From: an uncultured virus (IMG/VR IMGVR_UViG_3300005965_000003)
Lineage: Duplodnaviria > Heunggongvirae > Uroviricota > Caudoviricetes
Strand: one strand, 5' to 3'
DNA: 64,000 nucleotides
IMG/VR virus record: IMGVR_UViG_3300005965_000003
Positions 27,903 through 37,460 of this stretch are shown here, piece by piece. The translations under genes and the position numbers were made by a program. Every line of letters begins with the position of its first letter. The stretch's first letter is position 1. The notes under the pieces were generated by a model. The model was not told the origin of the DNA. It searched no databases and saw only the letters and a program-made list of their open reading frames with translations.

Positions 27903-28410
27903 CCAGGATCTGTCAGAGAAATCTTTTGAGCTGAATAATTATTTAGGAAAGCCCGAGGGAACTTTTTCTGTTGTACCTGAAGAGGTGTTCTATAAAGAGC
28001 TTTACAATACCTACGTTCACCCAGAGGTAGCCCGGGATCTGCTTATGCATGTCCTGGGCTTCTCCTCATCTTTATTAGGACCCTCTGCTGATACTGATTG
28101 GGTGTACACTCTGAGGACATTCCTCACTACGGGTAAAAGAAAAGAACCTGATGAAGTGTTTGGGACAATCGGCTGTAGGATCTGGTGGATACTTTTTAAA
28201 GCCCCCGAAGATGTTTTGCCCCTCCTACTCAACGATCCACCCCCTTGCGCTAGTATTGCGCTCTGGCGTATACGCTATGGAAAACCGGAAACTGACCCAC
28301 AGACAAAAGAACAAATAAAAAAACGGTTGGAACAACCAGAAAATAATGGCCTTTGGGGATCAGCAGCCGAAAGAATGGTGCAAATACTACTACGCCGGAA
28401 TACTATGTGA
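27859..28410 (+). CDS. LPL/WR-GK family protein (motif subterminal)
   Basis: WILFKAPEDVLPLLLNDPPPCASIALWRIRYGK followed by about 40 aa. Confidence 0.8.
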   Translation: MSYEEEKRKTQEKIDQDLSEKSFELNNYLGKPEGTFSVVPEEVFYKELYNTYVHPEVARDLLMHVLGFSSSLLGPSADTDWVYTLRTFLTTGKRKEPDEVFGTIGCRIWWILFKAPEDVLPLLLNDPPPCASIALWRIRYGKPETDPQTKEQIKKRLEQPENNGLWGSAAERMVQILLRRNTM

Positions 28411-28778
28411 TTAAATACACAGATGAAGAAATAGATAAAATTATAGGGTTTTGTAAAAAAAGACCTCACAGCGCAGTATCAGAACCTGACGGTAGAGTAT
28501 CAGTTGGTTTTGATATTGTATTAACAAGAGATCCAAAAATTTTTAAACATGTAAAAGGCGATAGAAAAATAGAGGTCAGTAGCTTCCGAAGGATTCTAAA
28601 AGAAATAGAATTCAGGGAAGCGTATATAGACAGCACTCCGGAAATAGATCAATATAAAGAAATGAAGATCTTACTTTTTTCGTCCAGGAAAGAGTTACCT
28701 CTCTTTTTAAACGATGATCCTGTAACAGCAAATCTCGCTCTCTTTCGAATAAGAAAGGCAGAAAAAGTAAAAGAATAG
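28407..28778 (+). CDS. LPL/WR-GK tail family protein
   Basis: GTGA overlap start; IKYTDEE N-terminal motif; ends ILLFSSRKELPLFLNDDPVTANLALFRIRKAEKVKE. Confidence 0.75.
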   Translation: MIKYTDEEIDKIIGFCKKRPHSAVSEPDGRVSVGFDIVLTRDPKIFKHVKGDRKIEVSSFRRILKEIEFREAYIDSTPEIDQYKEMKILLFSSRKELPLFLNDDPVTANLALFRIRKAEKVKE

Positions 28779-28938
28779 TAGCTCTCATAGAAAATGAGAT
28801 CGAAAACCTTGCTGACATGGAAGAAGGAAAAGCAGCAGGAATCAGAAGTCCATGTCAATTTGAAACATACAAAAAAGATTACTGTTTCTTTATAAAACAT
28901 CTCCTTTGATGAAAGGGCTAATAGGGCCTGGAATTCAC

Positions 28939-28955
28939 TTGGCACACTCCTTGCG
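28939..28955 (+). promoter_or_regulatory. sigma-54 (RpoN) -24/-12 promoter
   Basis: TTGGCAC-ACTCC-TTGC-G matches TGGCAC-N5-TTGC, about 47 nt upstream of hsp20 ATG. Confidence 0.75.
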
Positions 28956-29001
28956 TTGTTTACCGGCGAAGAGAAATTCATTTAACAAAAAGGAGTGTAC
29001 T

Positions 29002-29415
29002 ATGTGGATGGTACCTACAGCTTCCCGCTACAACAGCCTATCAAATCTTCTGGACGAATTCTTTGACACTACTCCAACTAAAAACCACACCAGGTCCAGT
29101 TTCCCGGTCGATATTGAGGAGTCCGAAAACGCTTATCATATGACAGCGGAAATGCCTGGAGTAAAAAAGGAAGATATTAATATCTCTGTAGAGGATGGAG
29201 TCCTGAATATTAGTACCGAAACGAAATCCGAAAAGAAAAAGGAATCGGATGGGTATCGCTACTGTGAACGGCACAGAGGTAGCTTTGAAAGAACGTTTAA
29301 GCTGCAGGATGATCTCGATAGCGCGAAGATAAGTGCCTCGTATGAGGATGGGCTACTCAAATTAGAAATACCTAAAAAGGAAAAAGCAAAACCCAAACAG
29401 ATAGTCATAAAATAA
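29002..29415 (+). CDS. hsp20: small heat-shock protein Hsp20/alpha-crystallin
   Basis: FPVDIEE..., AEMPGVKKEDINISVEDGVLNI, ERHRGSFERTFKL, ASYEDGLLKLEIPK; AAGGAG RBS before ATG 29002. Confidence 0.95.
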   Translation: MWMVPTASRYNSLSNLLDEFFDTTPTKNHTRSSFPVDIEESENAYHMTAEMPGVKKEDINISVEDGVLNISTETKSEKKKESDGYRYCERHRGSFERTFKLQDDLDSAKISASYEDGLLKLEIPKKEKAKPKQIVIK

Positions 29416-29434
29416 CATATATTGTTAGGCCTAT

Positions 29435-29465
29435 AAAAAGGGGGAGAGCAATCTTCCCCTTTTTT
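29435..29465 (+). terminator. intrinsic terminator
   Basis: AAAAAGGGGGAGA-GCAA-TCTTCCCCTTTTTT. Confidence 0.8.
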
Positions 29466-29468
29466 GCT

Positions 29469-29496
29469 TTAATTCTCCTTTCCACATAAGTATATT
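29469..29496 (+). promoter_or_regulatory. putative phage early promoter
   Basis: TTAATTCT-N12-AGTATATT. Confidence 0.7.
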
Positions 29497-29512
29497 GGAA
29501 GGGAGGATTACT

Positions 29513-30160
29513 ATGGCAACTGCATATAAAGTAAAAAGTAAACTTGTAGAGTGGAGAGACCCAAACACCTTTACCCACAAGTACTGGATACCTCTTCCTC
29601 CATTAGAGGAACGCATCGGTGAAGGCTACGCCAGAGATCCTGAGACTGGAGAAAAGATAGCTTTCCCTTCCTTGAAGACACTGCCGGAATATTTCGATAT
29701 AGTCCAACCGGGTTACGTTATCTATCCAGTAGAGAAGGCTCCTACCCCCGAGAACTATGAAGTGGGGATTGAAACCTTCTATCAACAGAAGGAGTATTAT
29801 ACTCTCTTCTTTAATAAAGGGGAGATAGAAAAACTCCGTAAGGATTCACATGTAAAGAAAATACGGATCAAAAAATACCAGGTTTTTGTGTGGCCTAAGG
29901 AGGATGATCTCACGTTTAAAAGCAACGTAGAGATTCACGCAGGTGCCCCACCATGCTTTTGGGAAGCAGAGTTTAACACACTAAAGCAAGTAGTGGATTT
30001 TATTTTAAAGAATGTAGACAAGTATCAGAATATCACCTATATCGATGTTGATGAAGGGGACGGCCTTTATATTGATGGGTTTAAATTTTGGGTAGATATT
30101 CCTTCTCAATCGTTAATGGAAAAAATGAAAGATCTTAAGGGTCATGGGAAAAAAGAATAA
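29513..30160 (+). CDS. hypothetical protein
   Basis: GGAGG RBS before ATG 29513. Confidence 0.8.
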   Translation: MATAYKVKSKLVEWRDPNTFTHKYWIPLPPLEERIGEGYARDPETGEKIAFPSLKTLPEYFDIVQPGYVIYPVEKAPTPENYEVGIETFYQQKEYYTLFFNKGEIEKLRKDSHVKKIRIKKYQVFVWPKEDDLTFKSNVEIHAGAPPCFWEAEFNTLKQVVDFILKNVDKYQNITYIDVDEGDGLYIDGFKFWVDIPSQSLMEKMKDLKGHGKKE

Positions 30161-30404
30161 GGTCAAAGAATCTCGCTTTTTCTGGGCTGACGGGACAAAA
30201 AAACTGTACTGCATAAAAAATGGATGCGGACCTTTCCGGGAGACAGACAAAAACATTCATATCTTTGGCGAGAAACAGGTAAGCTGTATCTGCAATAAAT
30301 GTCGAGATTTTTATTATAAAGAGCACAAAACCGGACCTTCCGGTTATACAGCTGCCGGGAAAGGGTACGCTACGCACAAGGCACACTTACCTCAAAATCA
30401 TTAA
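30144..30404 (+). CDS. small Cys/His-rich basic protein
   Basis: Overlaps upstream stop; C....C...CIC..C. Confidence 0.6.
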   Translation: MGKKNKVKESRFFWADGTKKLYCIKNGCGPFRETDKNIHIFGEKQVSCICNKCRDFYYKEHKTGPSGYTAAGKGYATHKAHLPQNH

Positions 30405-30536
30405 TTCCTATATTTCATCTTTTAAAGCATATATTTGAAGAAGTCGGTTCCGGGATGTCGGACACACGAAATAGAAATCGTCCCTACTGACGGATAGAAG
30501 ACAAAAAACCCTTTCAATCGTCTTTAATGGAGAGTT

Positions 30537-31058
30537 ATGGCTCACAAATTCAAAAAAACAGACAAAGTATTCTTTAGAGTAGCTGGCATACAGGGTACCG
30601 GCACCATTGTAGGTAAGGCTGTAACCGAGCTTCCTGTGTTGGGGTCTGCACATATCGTACAAATGGATAAGCCTATTGAGGTCAACGGTGAAACAGAAGA
30701 ATTCATTACTTGTTTTGAAGCTTGGATGGAGCCGGTTACTTCTCCTACCATAGAGGCGGGTGAACATCTAAGAATCATCAGAACTTTCATACAGTGTAAG
30801 TGCATCAACGGTTCGAGCGTCACCTGGGGAAGTACTGATATCTTAAATTTTTCCAGTGGGATTACGGTGAAACATATGGAAGAATTAGCCCAAAAGATAG
30901 CGGATACTGTAAAGCCTAAAGAGAAAAAAGAAGACCGTGGGTTTTTTCCTCTTCAGATCCGCTATGCAGATTCGCGTGAGCCTGTAATTGTGGAGGCTCC
31001 CGGAGATATTGATTCAGGCAAGAAGTTCACAGTACTTAAAAGTAATTACAAGGAGTAG
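30537..31058 (+). CDS. hypothetical protein (N-terminal SH3-like beta barrel)
   Basis: GGAGAG RBS; FKKTDKVFF...GTIVG pattern. Confidence 0.75.
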   Translation: MAHKFKKTDKVFFRVAGIQGTGTIVGKAVTELPVLGSAHIVQMDKPIEVNGETEEFITCFEAWMEPVTSPTIEAGEHLRIIRTFIQCKCINGSSVTWGSTDILNFSSGITVKHMEELAQKIADTVKPKEKKEDRGFFPLQIRYADSREPVIVEAPGDIDSGKKFTVLKSNYKE

Positions 31059-31060
31059 TT

Positions 31061-31222
31061 ATGTATTGCTCAGATTGTGGGTCTCTAATACAATACGGCG
31101 AGCATGGTTGTCGTGGATGCCCAGGACCTCGTTCTGATGGAGAGACTTATTGCTCAGAGTGCGGAGGCTCCTCATCTAATTGTATTTGTAATGATGGCCC
31201 TAATTACGTATCATCAAATTAA
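31061..31222 (+). CDS. 53-aa Cys-rich protein with duplicated YCSxCG motif
   Basis: AAGGAG RBS; MYCSDCG...GCRGC...YCSECG...NCIC; below track cutoff. Confidence 0.7.
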   Translation: MYCSDCGSLIQYGEHGCRGCPGPRSDGETYCSECGGSSSNCICNDGPNYVSSN

Positions 31223-31304
31223 AAAGCACCAAATCAAAAGTGTATTGGATTTAAGCCTGTCATAGGAGATATACAGGGATCCGCACCCCTCATCAAGGAG
31301 TAAC

Positions 31305-31332
31305 CCTTACAATAAAGTTTTTAAAGTATATT
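31305..31332 (+). promoter_or_regulatory. putative phage early promoter
   Basis: TAAAGTATATTAT core. Confidence 0.65.
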
Positions 31333-31362
31333 ATAATAGTAACCTGTACTAATGGAGATGAA

Positions 31363-31716
31363 ATGGTTATCACAATAAAAAAGCCTGATGGTAAAACGAA
31401 ATGGACCCAAGACCTTTGCCACTGGGTCAAGAAATATTACCACCCACAGACTACTTTAAAAAATTACGACACTGAGGAAATAAAAGAAGATCTTTCCACG
31501 GTAATATTTGAATTGGATGGTAAATTTTACGGCCCAGTTCGCCAGTCCCTCATGCCCCGCCATTGCTGGCAGAACATTTCCAAATTCATGGCTGCTCGAA
31601 AAAACTCAAGGAAGCAGTCTGTAAAATCAGACTTCAGATATTCTTCAGACTACAAATCTCGTTTTGTACTCCTCGATCCGGACCAAACCTTTGAGCCAGG
31701 CTGGTGGAATAAATAG
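31363..31716 (+). CDS. hypothetical protein
   Basis: GGAG RBS. Confidence 0.7.
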   Translation: MVITIKKPDGKTKWTQDLCHWVKKYYHPQTTLKNYDTEEIKEDLSTVIFELDGKFYGPVRQSLMPRHCWQNISKFMAARKNSRKQSVKSDFRYSSDYKSRFVLLDPDQTFEPGWWNK

Positions 31717-31718
31717 CT

Positions 31719-32771
31719 ATGTCTAAAGCCTTAAAAAACGCTATACCAAAAAGCCATTACGAAATCACCCTTGATTTTCTTAATAGAGTATCAGGCTCTT
31801 TCAACGAAATGGCTAATGTAATCGAACAGAATTGCGGCACAGAACCCGATTTTGTAAAACTGGGCAATTATCTATCTACTACAACATCGTCATCCGCTAG
31901 CATAGAGAATAACACTCTTTACGCCAACGTAATGTTCCACCAGTATAACATGTGGCAAGCAGGTTCTCCTATATATTACATCACACCTCAGCTTGCGCTG
32001 GAGCTAGCCAAGACTGAGCTCAATGTTGATACCGATTTTCTGATGAGCCCTTTTAGAGAAATTCATGTACAAATAGAACCCGGACTTTTTTCTATCAATG
32101 ATGGTGAAGGATCTTATCCTGTTATTGGCTTCTATGTCTTCTTTAATAGGCATGAAAGCGGGTTGGTGGAAGTCCGTATTATGGCGGGAGCTATTATAAG
32201 TATAAAGGACGGCTTTGTAGATGATACTAATTTTTACTACAAGCTTTATTTAAAGCCTGGCAAACTCAAGCCTATGCTTAAGGAATACCTTGATAGTATC
32301 ACCGCTTCCAATAAGCAGGAAGATTTAGAGAGGTTTGGGGGCCATAGGAATATCGCGCACATCGAAGATTTCACATACTTCGTGATGAATGTCCTCTTGT
32401 ATCTGACAAGTAAAGACCCGGATATTATTAAACAGCTACCCGTAAACTTTGACGATCAGATAGCAGGTCTAAAAAGCGCTGGAAAAGTAAAAAAGCTTCT
32501 CCGGAAAAAAGATAAGTACACTCAGAGAACTATCAATATCGTTGGCCCCCACTATCGGTTAAATACAGAAGAGTACAACGATATGAAAAACGCCGGGGGC
32601 ATCGGCGGGTGGAAGCTTAAGCATAAGATTAAGGTGAGCGCCCACTGGAGAACTCAGTGGTACGGTAGCGAAAAAGAAGGAACAAGACGTTCAGAGAACA
32701 TACGAATAGAATCATACACAAAAGGCCCGGACGCGGCAGAGCTGCTTACTAAGAAAAGGATAGTAAAATAA
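31719..32771 (+). CDS. phage-type hypothetical protein with basic C-terminal VSAHWRTQWYG motif
   Basis: 350-aa ORF; NVLLYL and V.AHWR.Q.YG...I.SY.KG pattern. Confidence 0.8.
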   Translation: MSKALKNAIPKSHYEITLDFLNRVSGSFNEMANVIEQNCGTEPDFVKLGNYLSTTTSSSASIENNTLYANVMFHQYNMWQAGSPIYYITPQLALELAKTELNVDTDFLMSPFREIHVQIEPGLFSINDGEGSYPVIGFYVFFNRHESGLVEVRIMAGAIISIKDGFVDDTNFYYKLYLKPGKLKPMLKEYLDSITASNKQEDLERFGGHRNIAHIEDFTYFVMNVLLYLTSKDPDIIKQLPVNFDDQIAGLKSAGKVKKLLRKKDKYTQRTINIVGPHYRLNTEEYNDMKNAGGIGGWKLKHKIKVSAHWRTQWYGSEKEGTRRSENIRIESYTKGPDAAELLTKKRIVK

Positions 32772-32997
32772 TGCCCTACGTATATATTAATGGAAAAAGA
32801 TTTAAACAGCCCTGGGATAGGGAATGGGAGTCTCCCCCGAATACGTGCTGGGTACCGTCCTACAAAATGGAGGTAAAAGTCTTGAAGCACATCCCTGCGA
32901 GCCAAAGATTAGAATAGCTGAACAAAGTAACCCTGTGCAAAATATAATATACTCGGAACCTCCCGATCTACTTTATAAAACCCTAAGCAATAGCGCT

Positions 32998-33025
32998 TTA
33001 ATTAAAATTTCCAAATAAGTATATT
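32998..33025 (+). promoter_or_regulatory. putative phage early promoter
   Basis: TTAATTAA-N12-AGTATATT upstream of thyA. Confidence 0.75.
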
Positions 33026-33065
33026 GTTCTAAATAACTACACAAAAATCCACCGGAGTAAAAATT

Positions 33066-33977
33066 ATGTGGTCTTACCTAAATTTGGTAAAAGAAGTATT
33101 ACATGCCCCATACAAGGGAAATCGTACCGGCGTCAAAGCCCGTTCAATAAGCGGTTATATGCTGCAACATGATATGAGTGAAGGATTCCCTTTGCTCACC
33201 ACAAAGAAAATGCCCCTTAAGATTATTGCCGTCGAACTGGAAGGTTTCATTAAAGGCATAACCGACAAGAAGTGGTTCCAGGAACGAGGATGTAATATAT
33301 GGAATGAATGGGCAAGTCCTAACAAAGTTCCTTATGGACATGATGAAGAGACCAAAGCCAATATGATGGCGGAGTCCGATCTGGGTCCTATATACGGCTA
33401 TCAGTGGCGGAATTTTAACGGAGACTACTTCAACTCAAAAGGTGAAAAGATCACCGAAGAGATGAAGCAAGCCGGTTATTATAACCAGTATAATACAGGC
33501 ACGGACCAGTTAGCGGAACTGGTAAACAAGCTGCACACCAACCCCCTCGACCGTAGAATGATTGTTTCTGCCTGGAACCCAAACCAGCTCCATCAGATGG
33601 CTCTCCCTCCCTGCCACCTGATGTTTCAGGTCGTAGTCACCGGGGAAAACGCGGATATACTAAATTTAAATTGGGTGCAGAGGTCCTGTGACCTGATGTT
33701 GGGGATCCCGTTTAACATTGCTTCCTATGGCATGCTGTTGCTCTTGCTGGCAGCAGAAGCGGGTATGAAGCCCGGGAAGCTGTGTGGTATGCTCGGAGAT
33801 GTCCATATATACGAGAACCATATAAAGGGTGCTGTAGAGCAGTTGATGAGAGACCCGCTCCCTCTTCCATCTTTGGAGTTCCCGGGCTTTAGTGGCTTCT
33901 TTGATTGGGACCATACTCAACGCAAACTTGTTAATTACCAGAGCCTCCCTAAAATCGAATTCCCTATTGCCGTATGA
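33066..33977 (+). CDS. thyA: thymidylate synthase
   Basis: NRTG, FPLLTTKK, LGPIYGYQWR, RRMIVSAWNP, MALPPCH, QRSCD, PFNIASY, DVHIYENH. Confidence 0.97.
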   Translation: MWSYLNLVKEVLHAPYKGNRTGVKARSISGYMLQHDMSEGFPLLTTKKMPLKIIAVELEGFIKGITDKKWFQERGCNIWNEWASPNKVPYGHDEETKANMMAESDLGPIYGYQWRNFNGDYFNSKGEKITEEMKQAGYYNQYNTGTDQLAELVNKLHTNPLDRRMIVSAWNPNQLHQMALPPCHLMFQVVVTGENADILNLNWVQRSCDLMLGIPFNIASYGMLLLLLAAEAGMKPGKLCGMLGDVHIYENHIKGAVEQLMRDPLPLPSLEFPGFSGFFDWDHTQRKLVNYQSLPKIEFPIAV

Positions 33978-34465
33978 ACATATTAATAGTAGCAATGACG
34001 AAGGACAGGGTAATAGGTAACGATAATTCTATACCCTGGTATATTAAAGAAGACCTTAAGAACTTCAAAGAAGTAACTGATGGTCATCCAGTAATTATGG
34101 GACGGAAAACCTGGGATTCCATCCCTAAGAAATTCCGCCCACTGCCAGGTAGGTATAACATTGTAATCTCCCGTTCGGCAAAACAAAAAGAGAACATAGA
34201 GGGAGAGCTGCGCTGGGTGAAAAGTTATGAAGAAGCTCTCCAAGTAGTTGATGAGCTATATAGTTACCCCGTAGATACCTTTATCATTGGTGGCTCTACA
34301 GTCTATAAAAGAGCTCTGCTGGAAGCGGACAGGCTATATATCTCTTGGGTCAAAAAAGATTATGACGGAGATACTTTTTTCCCTGAGATTAATATGAACG
34401 AATGGCAAGAAGTTGAGAAAAAGGATTTCGATGAGTTCCTCTTCATTAAGTATAGGAGAAAATAA
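33974..34465 (+). CDS. folA: dihydrofolate reductase
   Basis: VIGNDNSIPW.IKEDL..FK..T, VIMGRKTWDSI, RPLPGR.NIVIS, IIGG, GDTFFP. Confidence 0.96.
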   Translation: MNILIVAMTKDRVIGNDNSIPWYIKEDLKNFKEVTDGHPVIMGRKTWDSIPKKFRPLPGRYNIVISRSAKQKENIEGELRWVKSYEEALQVVDELYSYPVDTFIIGGSTVYKRALLEADRLYISWVKKDYDGDTFFPEINMNEWQEVEKKDFDEFLFIKYRRK

Positions 34466-35154
34466 TGGCTATACAGGAGCTATTTGAAATAAAGACTATA
34501 CACCTGCGTCTCCTCAGGCGTCTAAATATTATTTGGAACAAGGATTCCTATCAGGGATCTCCTATGGTGTATCCTAAGAAGCCCTACGGAAATTCTGATA
34601 TCATAGGAGACGTAGTGAAAGAGATGTTCGGTAAAACCCGAGATGAGTGCTCTAAGGATGAGATTACCGAAGCTCTTTATATCCACAGAGAAATGCATAC
34701 TGTTTTAGAGGTGGTGACATCATCCGGATGTTTTTATCCGGGAGAATACAGAAAGCATAAATCCGGTAATTGGGTGTATGCTAAATTTGTGAATTCCCCC
34801 TGTGATCTCTATGAACTTCTTGACCTGCTTCAGGAAGAAGCTCTGAAGCAGGATCCTGAAAGTGTAGAAGAGTTTAAAAGATTAGATGATAAGGAAGCAG
34901 TATACTTATTTCATAATACACTAGGAAAAAATCTAAGAAATTCATATTCCCTATGGGATAATAAATCCCCCTTACATAATTGGTTTCTTTCTCAGGGTAT
35001 TTTTCATGCTGATGATATGTCTGTTATTATCCTGACATCCCTTCATAGAAAACTTAAAGGTCAAGATATCAATTTACAGGAACAGATAAAAAATTACCAG
35101 GAGTATTGGAAAAATGCCAACGACAACACCGGGACCACTATATTTACTATTTGA
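34465..35154 (+). CDS. two-domain hypothetical protein (C-terminal DUF6794-like)
   Basis: PKKPYGNSDI N-domain; H.TLG..LRN...LW...GIFHADDMS.IIL C-domain. Confidence 0.7.
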   Translation: MAIQELFEIKTIHLRLLRRLNIIWNKDSYQGSPMVYPKKPYGNSDIIGDVVKEMFGKTRDECSKDEITEALYIHREMHTVLEVVTSSGCFYPGEYRKHKSGNWVYAKFVNSPCDLYELLDLLQEEALKQDPESVEEFKRLDDKEAVYLFHNTLGKNLRNSYSLWDNKSPLHNWFLSQGIFHADDMSVIILTSLHRKLKGQDINLQEQIKNYQEYWKNANDNTGTTIFTI

Positions 35155-35437
35155 TGGACTCAACTTCCCTCTCCTCATTTTCGGCGTTTTGATTGTATGT
35201 GTCACTGCATACTATATCACAAAGATTTTACATTGTAACCAATGTGACATATTAAAGAAAGATGATGACCTGGATATGATCCTGGATCAGATTGACTCTT
35301 ATGATAGTATATCTAGCAATGAAAAGTTTGAGCTCATGAAAACTGCTATTATATCCTACTACTCGGATCTTGAGGATATCAAAGAAAAAGAAAAGATCCT
35401 TAATCCTAAGGGAGGCTCTTGTGGAAAACCCAAATAA
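35114..35437 (+). CDS. membrane protein
   Basis: N-terminal hydrophobic segment. Confidence 0.6.
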   Translation: MPTTTPGPLYLLFDGLNFPLLIFGVLIVCVTAYYITKILHCNQCDILKKDDDLDMILDQIDSYDSISSNEKFELMKTAIISYYSDLEDIKEKEKILNPKGGSCGKPK

Positions 35438-36383
35438 AAAATCGATTAGTCAGCTACAAAAAGATGTCAAAGATACTTTCGAGGGAGCCTTTGGAAGCAC
35501 CCCGCTTACTCAACGATTAGATGATATCCTTGGGGAGGCCATAGAGCTTAGCCGATATACCGATCTTAAAAATCTCCGGGAAGAAACAGGCGATCTTTTG
35601 GCAAGCACTATCCAGTTAGCGAATGAGTGCGGTTGGGATATAGAAGACCTTATCACAGAGAACCGGCTGAAAATAGAGAAAAGAAGGTTACAGTATAAAT
35701 CCCTGGGTAGAAAAAAGAAGATTGCCATCTTAGGTGGGGCCTTTAATCCTATCCATGTAGGGCACATACAGATAGCTCAATTTGTACTCAATACAAGTAG
35801 AACATTTGATGAAGTCTGGCTAATGCCCTGTTATAATCACATGTATAACAAAGAAATGGCCTCTGCTGACCATCGTCTAAAAATGTGTGAGATAGCTGCT
35901 GAGGAAGATGCCCGTATTAAAGTATTTGGTTATGAGATACAAAACGAACTGAGCGGTGAAACCTATAATACGGTGAAGCGCCTCCTGGATACTGATCTGG
36001 CTAAGCATGAATGTGACTTTAGCTTGATTATGGGCATGGACAATGCAAATACGTTTTCCAGTTGGGTCAACTATAAAGAACTGGAAAGAATGATCCGGTT
36101 TGTCGTGGTCCAAAGGAAAGGGTACGAAGTAGATCTAAGTGTAAACTGGTACCTGAAGAACCCTCATATTTTTCTTTCAGACGCTGAAATTATGGGACTG
36201 AGTTCGTCTTTTATCCGGAACCATTTATTGGATAGACCACGCATTGCTAAAGGCATGGAAAACCACTTTACTAAAAAGATGGCTAAAGAAAAAGTTAATG
36301 AGCAGTTCGAAAAAATAGTGGAGAATTGGCTACACCCAAACGTCTATAAATATATCGTGGAAAATGAACTATACTTTGATTGA
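35421..36383 (+). CDS. nadD: MazG-like NTP pyrophosphatase fused to nicotinate-nucleotide adenylyltransferase
   Basis: N-terminal GEAIEL...LREETGDLL; then IAILGGAFNPIHVGH, VWLMP, HRLKM, LIMGMDN, LSSSFIR; GGAGG RBS before GTG 35421. Confidence 0.88.
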   Translation: MENPNKKSISQLQKDVKDTFEGAFGSTPLTQRLDDILGEAIELSRYTDLKNLREETGDLLASTIQLANECGWDIEDLITENRLKIEKRRLQYKSLGRKKKIAILGGAFNPIHVGHIQIAQFVLNTSRTFDEVWLMPCYNHMYNKEMASADHRLKMCEIAAEEDARIKVFGYEIQNELSGETYNTVKRLLDTDLAKHECDFSLIMGMDNANTFSSWVNYKELERMIRFVVVQRKGYEVDLSVNWYLKNPHIFLSDAEIMGLSSSFIRNHLLDRPRIAKGMENHFTKKMAKEKVNEQFEKIVENWLHPNVYKYIVENELYFD

Positions 36384-36873
36384 AAAAGATGAGTGGGCCT
36401 GGGCTACCCGCTCGTCTTTTATTAAGAAATTTTGCTGGGAACATGAGAATTGTATAGCAGCAGGGCACTACCTATCAACTATGCTGTGGCCCTTAGGAGA
36501 AGTGCGATTAGTAGGCAGCGCTAAAAAAGGCAAAGCCTATTACCAAACCCACCTACATGATATAGATGCCGTTCTTTTTACAAAATTTGATGATTCAGGA
36601 CTTATATCCGATTTTATCTATGAAAGAGTTAAAGGTTATTGGTCCTCTGCTTTTGAATTAGACCTGGATATTTTTTGCTACGGAAACTTCAAGAGGCATA
36701 TACGAAGGTATAAGTTGCCCCGTAATCGTATGGATGACGAAGTCAATCTTAATATTTATTTTAACCCTCCTGGGATGAGAATATGGGAATATCTAAGAAC
36801 AATAACGTGGAAGTACTTGCACTCCCGGTGTCAGAGATCACGAAAGAAAAATGTTACTCCGGGAAAATTTTAG
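36364..36873 (+). CDS. possible minimal nucleotidyltransferase (Pol beta superfamily)
   Basis: LVGS...HDIDAVL and later DLDIF. Confidence 0.45.
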   Translation: MNYTLIEKDEWAWATRSSFIKKFCWEHENCIAAGHYLSTMLWPLGEVRLVGSAKKGKAYYQTHLHDIDAVLFTKFDDSGLISDFIYERVKGYWSSAFELDLDIFCYGNFKRHIRRYKLPRNRMDDEVNLNIYFNPPGMRIWEYLRTITWKYLHSRCQRSRKKNVTPGKF

Positions 36874-37460
36874 CTCCTGATGATTTAATACCTCATTCTA
36901 ATCTACGTATAAATGAGCTAAATAATTTCTTAAAAGAAATATGTTCCCAATACGCTCTACGTATTGAGGATATAGTAAAGATAGTCAGGATGAATGAAAA
37001 ATCATTCGGCCCGATAACATGGTCCTATATAGACGATATCTCAGATAAACAGTTGAAATCAGTTCTGCTGTCGTTTATTTATGCCATTAGAGACGCCGGA
37101 TACGGGCCTATAAAAGAGTTATTGCCTCAATGGAAGGTATTTCTAAGAACATACGATCCGCGTAGTATAAAAAAGAATTTTTTCTTATCCCTTTTGGATG
37201 TGTTCTGCTTTAGAGTAAAAAAGTATGAATACTTTTTATACGCCGAAGAGTTTGTTAATCCATATACTTTAGCTCGAAACGAGATCCCCCTACATATCAA
37301 TAGGGAATGGGGTAACATCTATGATAAACAGTTTTATATGAAACTTCTTAAAAAGCATAATGTGATCGCCGAGAATAGGGAAAAACCGGATATCGACAGC
37401 GAAGATGCTCCTATCTTTAGTAAAACTAACATTAATTTAGAAGAAGAGAAATTAGTATGA
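36783..37460 (+). CDS. hypothetical protein with divergent LPL motif (start uncertain)
   Basis: NPYTLARNEIPLHINREW. Confidence 0.65.
   Translation: MGISKNNNVEVLALPVSEITKEKCYSGKILAPDDLIPHSNLRINELNNFLKEICSQYALRIEDIVKIVRMNEKSFGPITWSYIDDISDKQLKSVLLSFIYAIRDAGYGPIKELLPQWKVFLRTYDPRSIKKNFFLSLLDVFCFRVKKYEYFLYAEEFVNPYTLARNEIPLHINREWGNIYDKQFYMKLLKKHNVIAENREKPDIDSEDAPIFSKTNINLEEEKLV

Noticed and set aside
28939..28965. CIRCE (HrcA) operator upstream of hsp20
   Set aside because: TTGGCAC resembles the left arm, but the GAGTGCTAA right arm is absent; the sigma-54 consensus fits exactly.
33066..33977. Thymidylate synthase homologue as a base-modifying dCMP hydroxymethylase
   Set aside because: It keeps the dUMP-specifying Asn in PFNIASY and is coupled to DHFR, as expected for ordinary ThyA.
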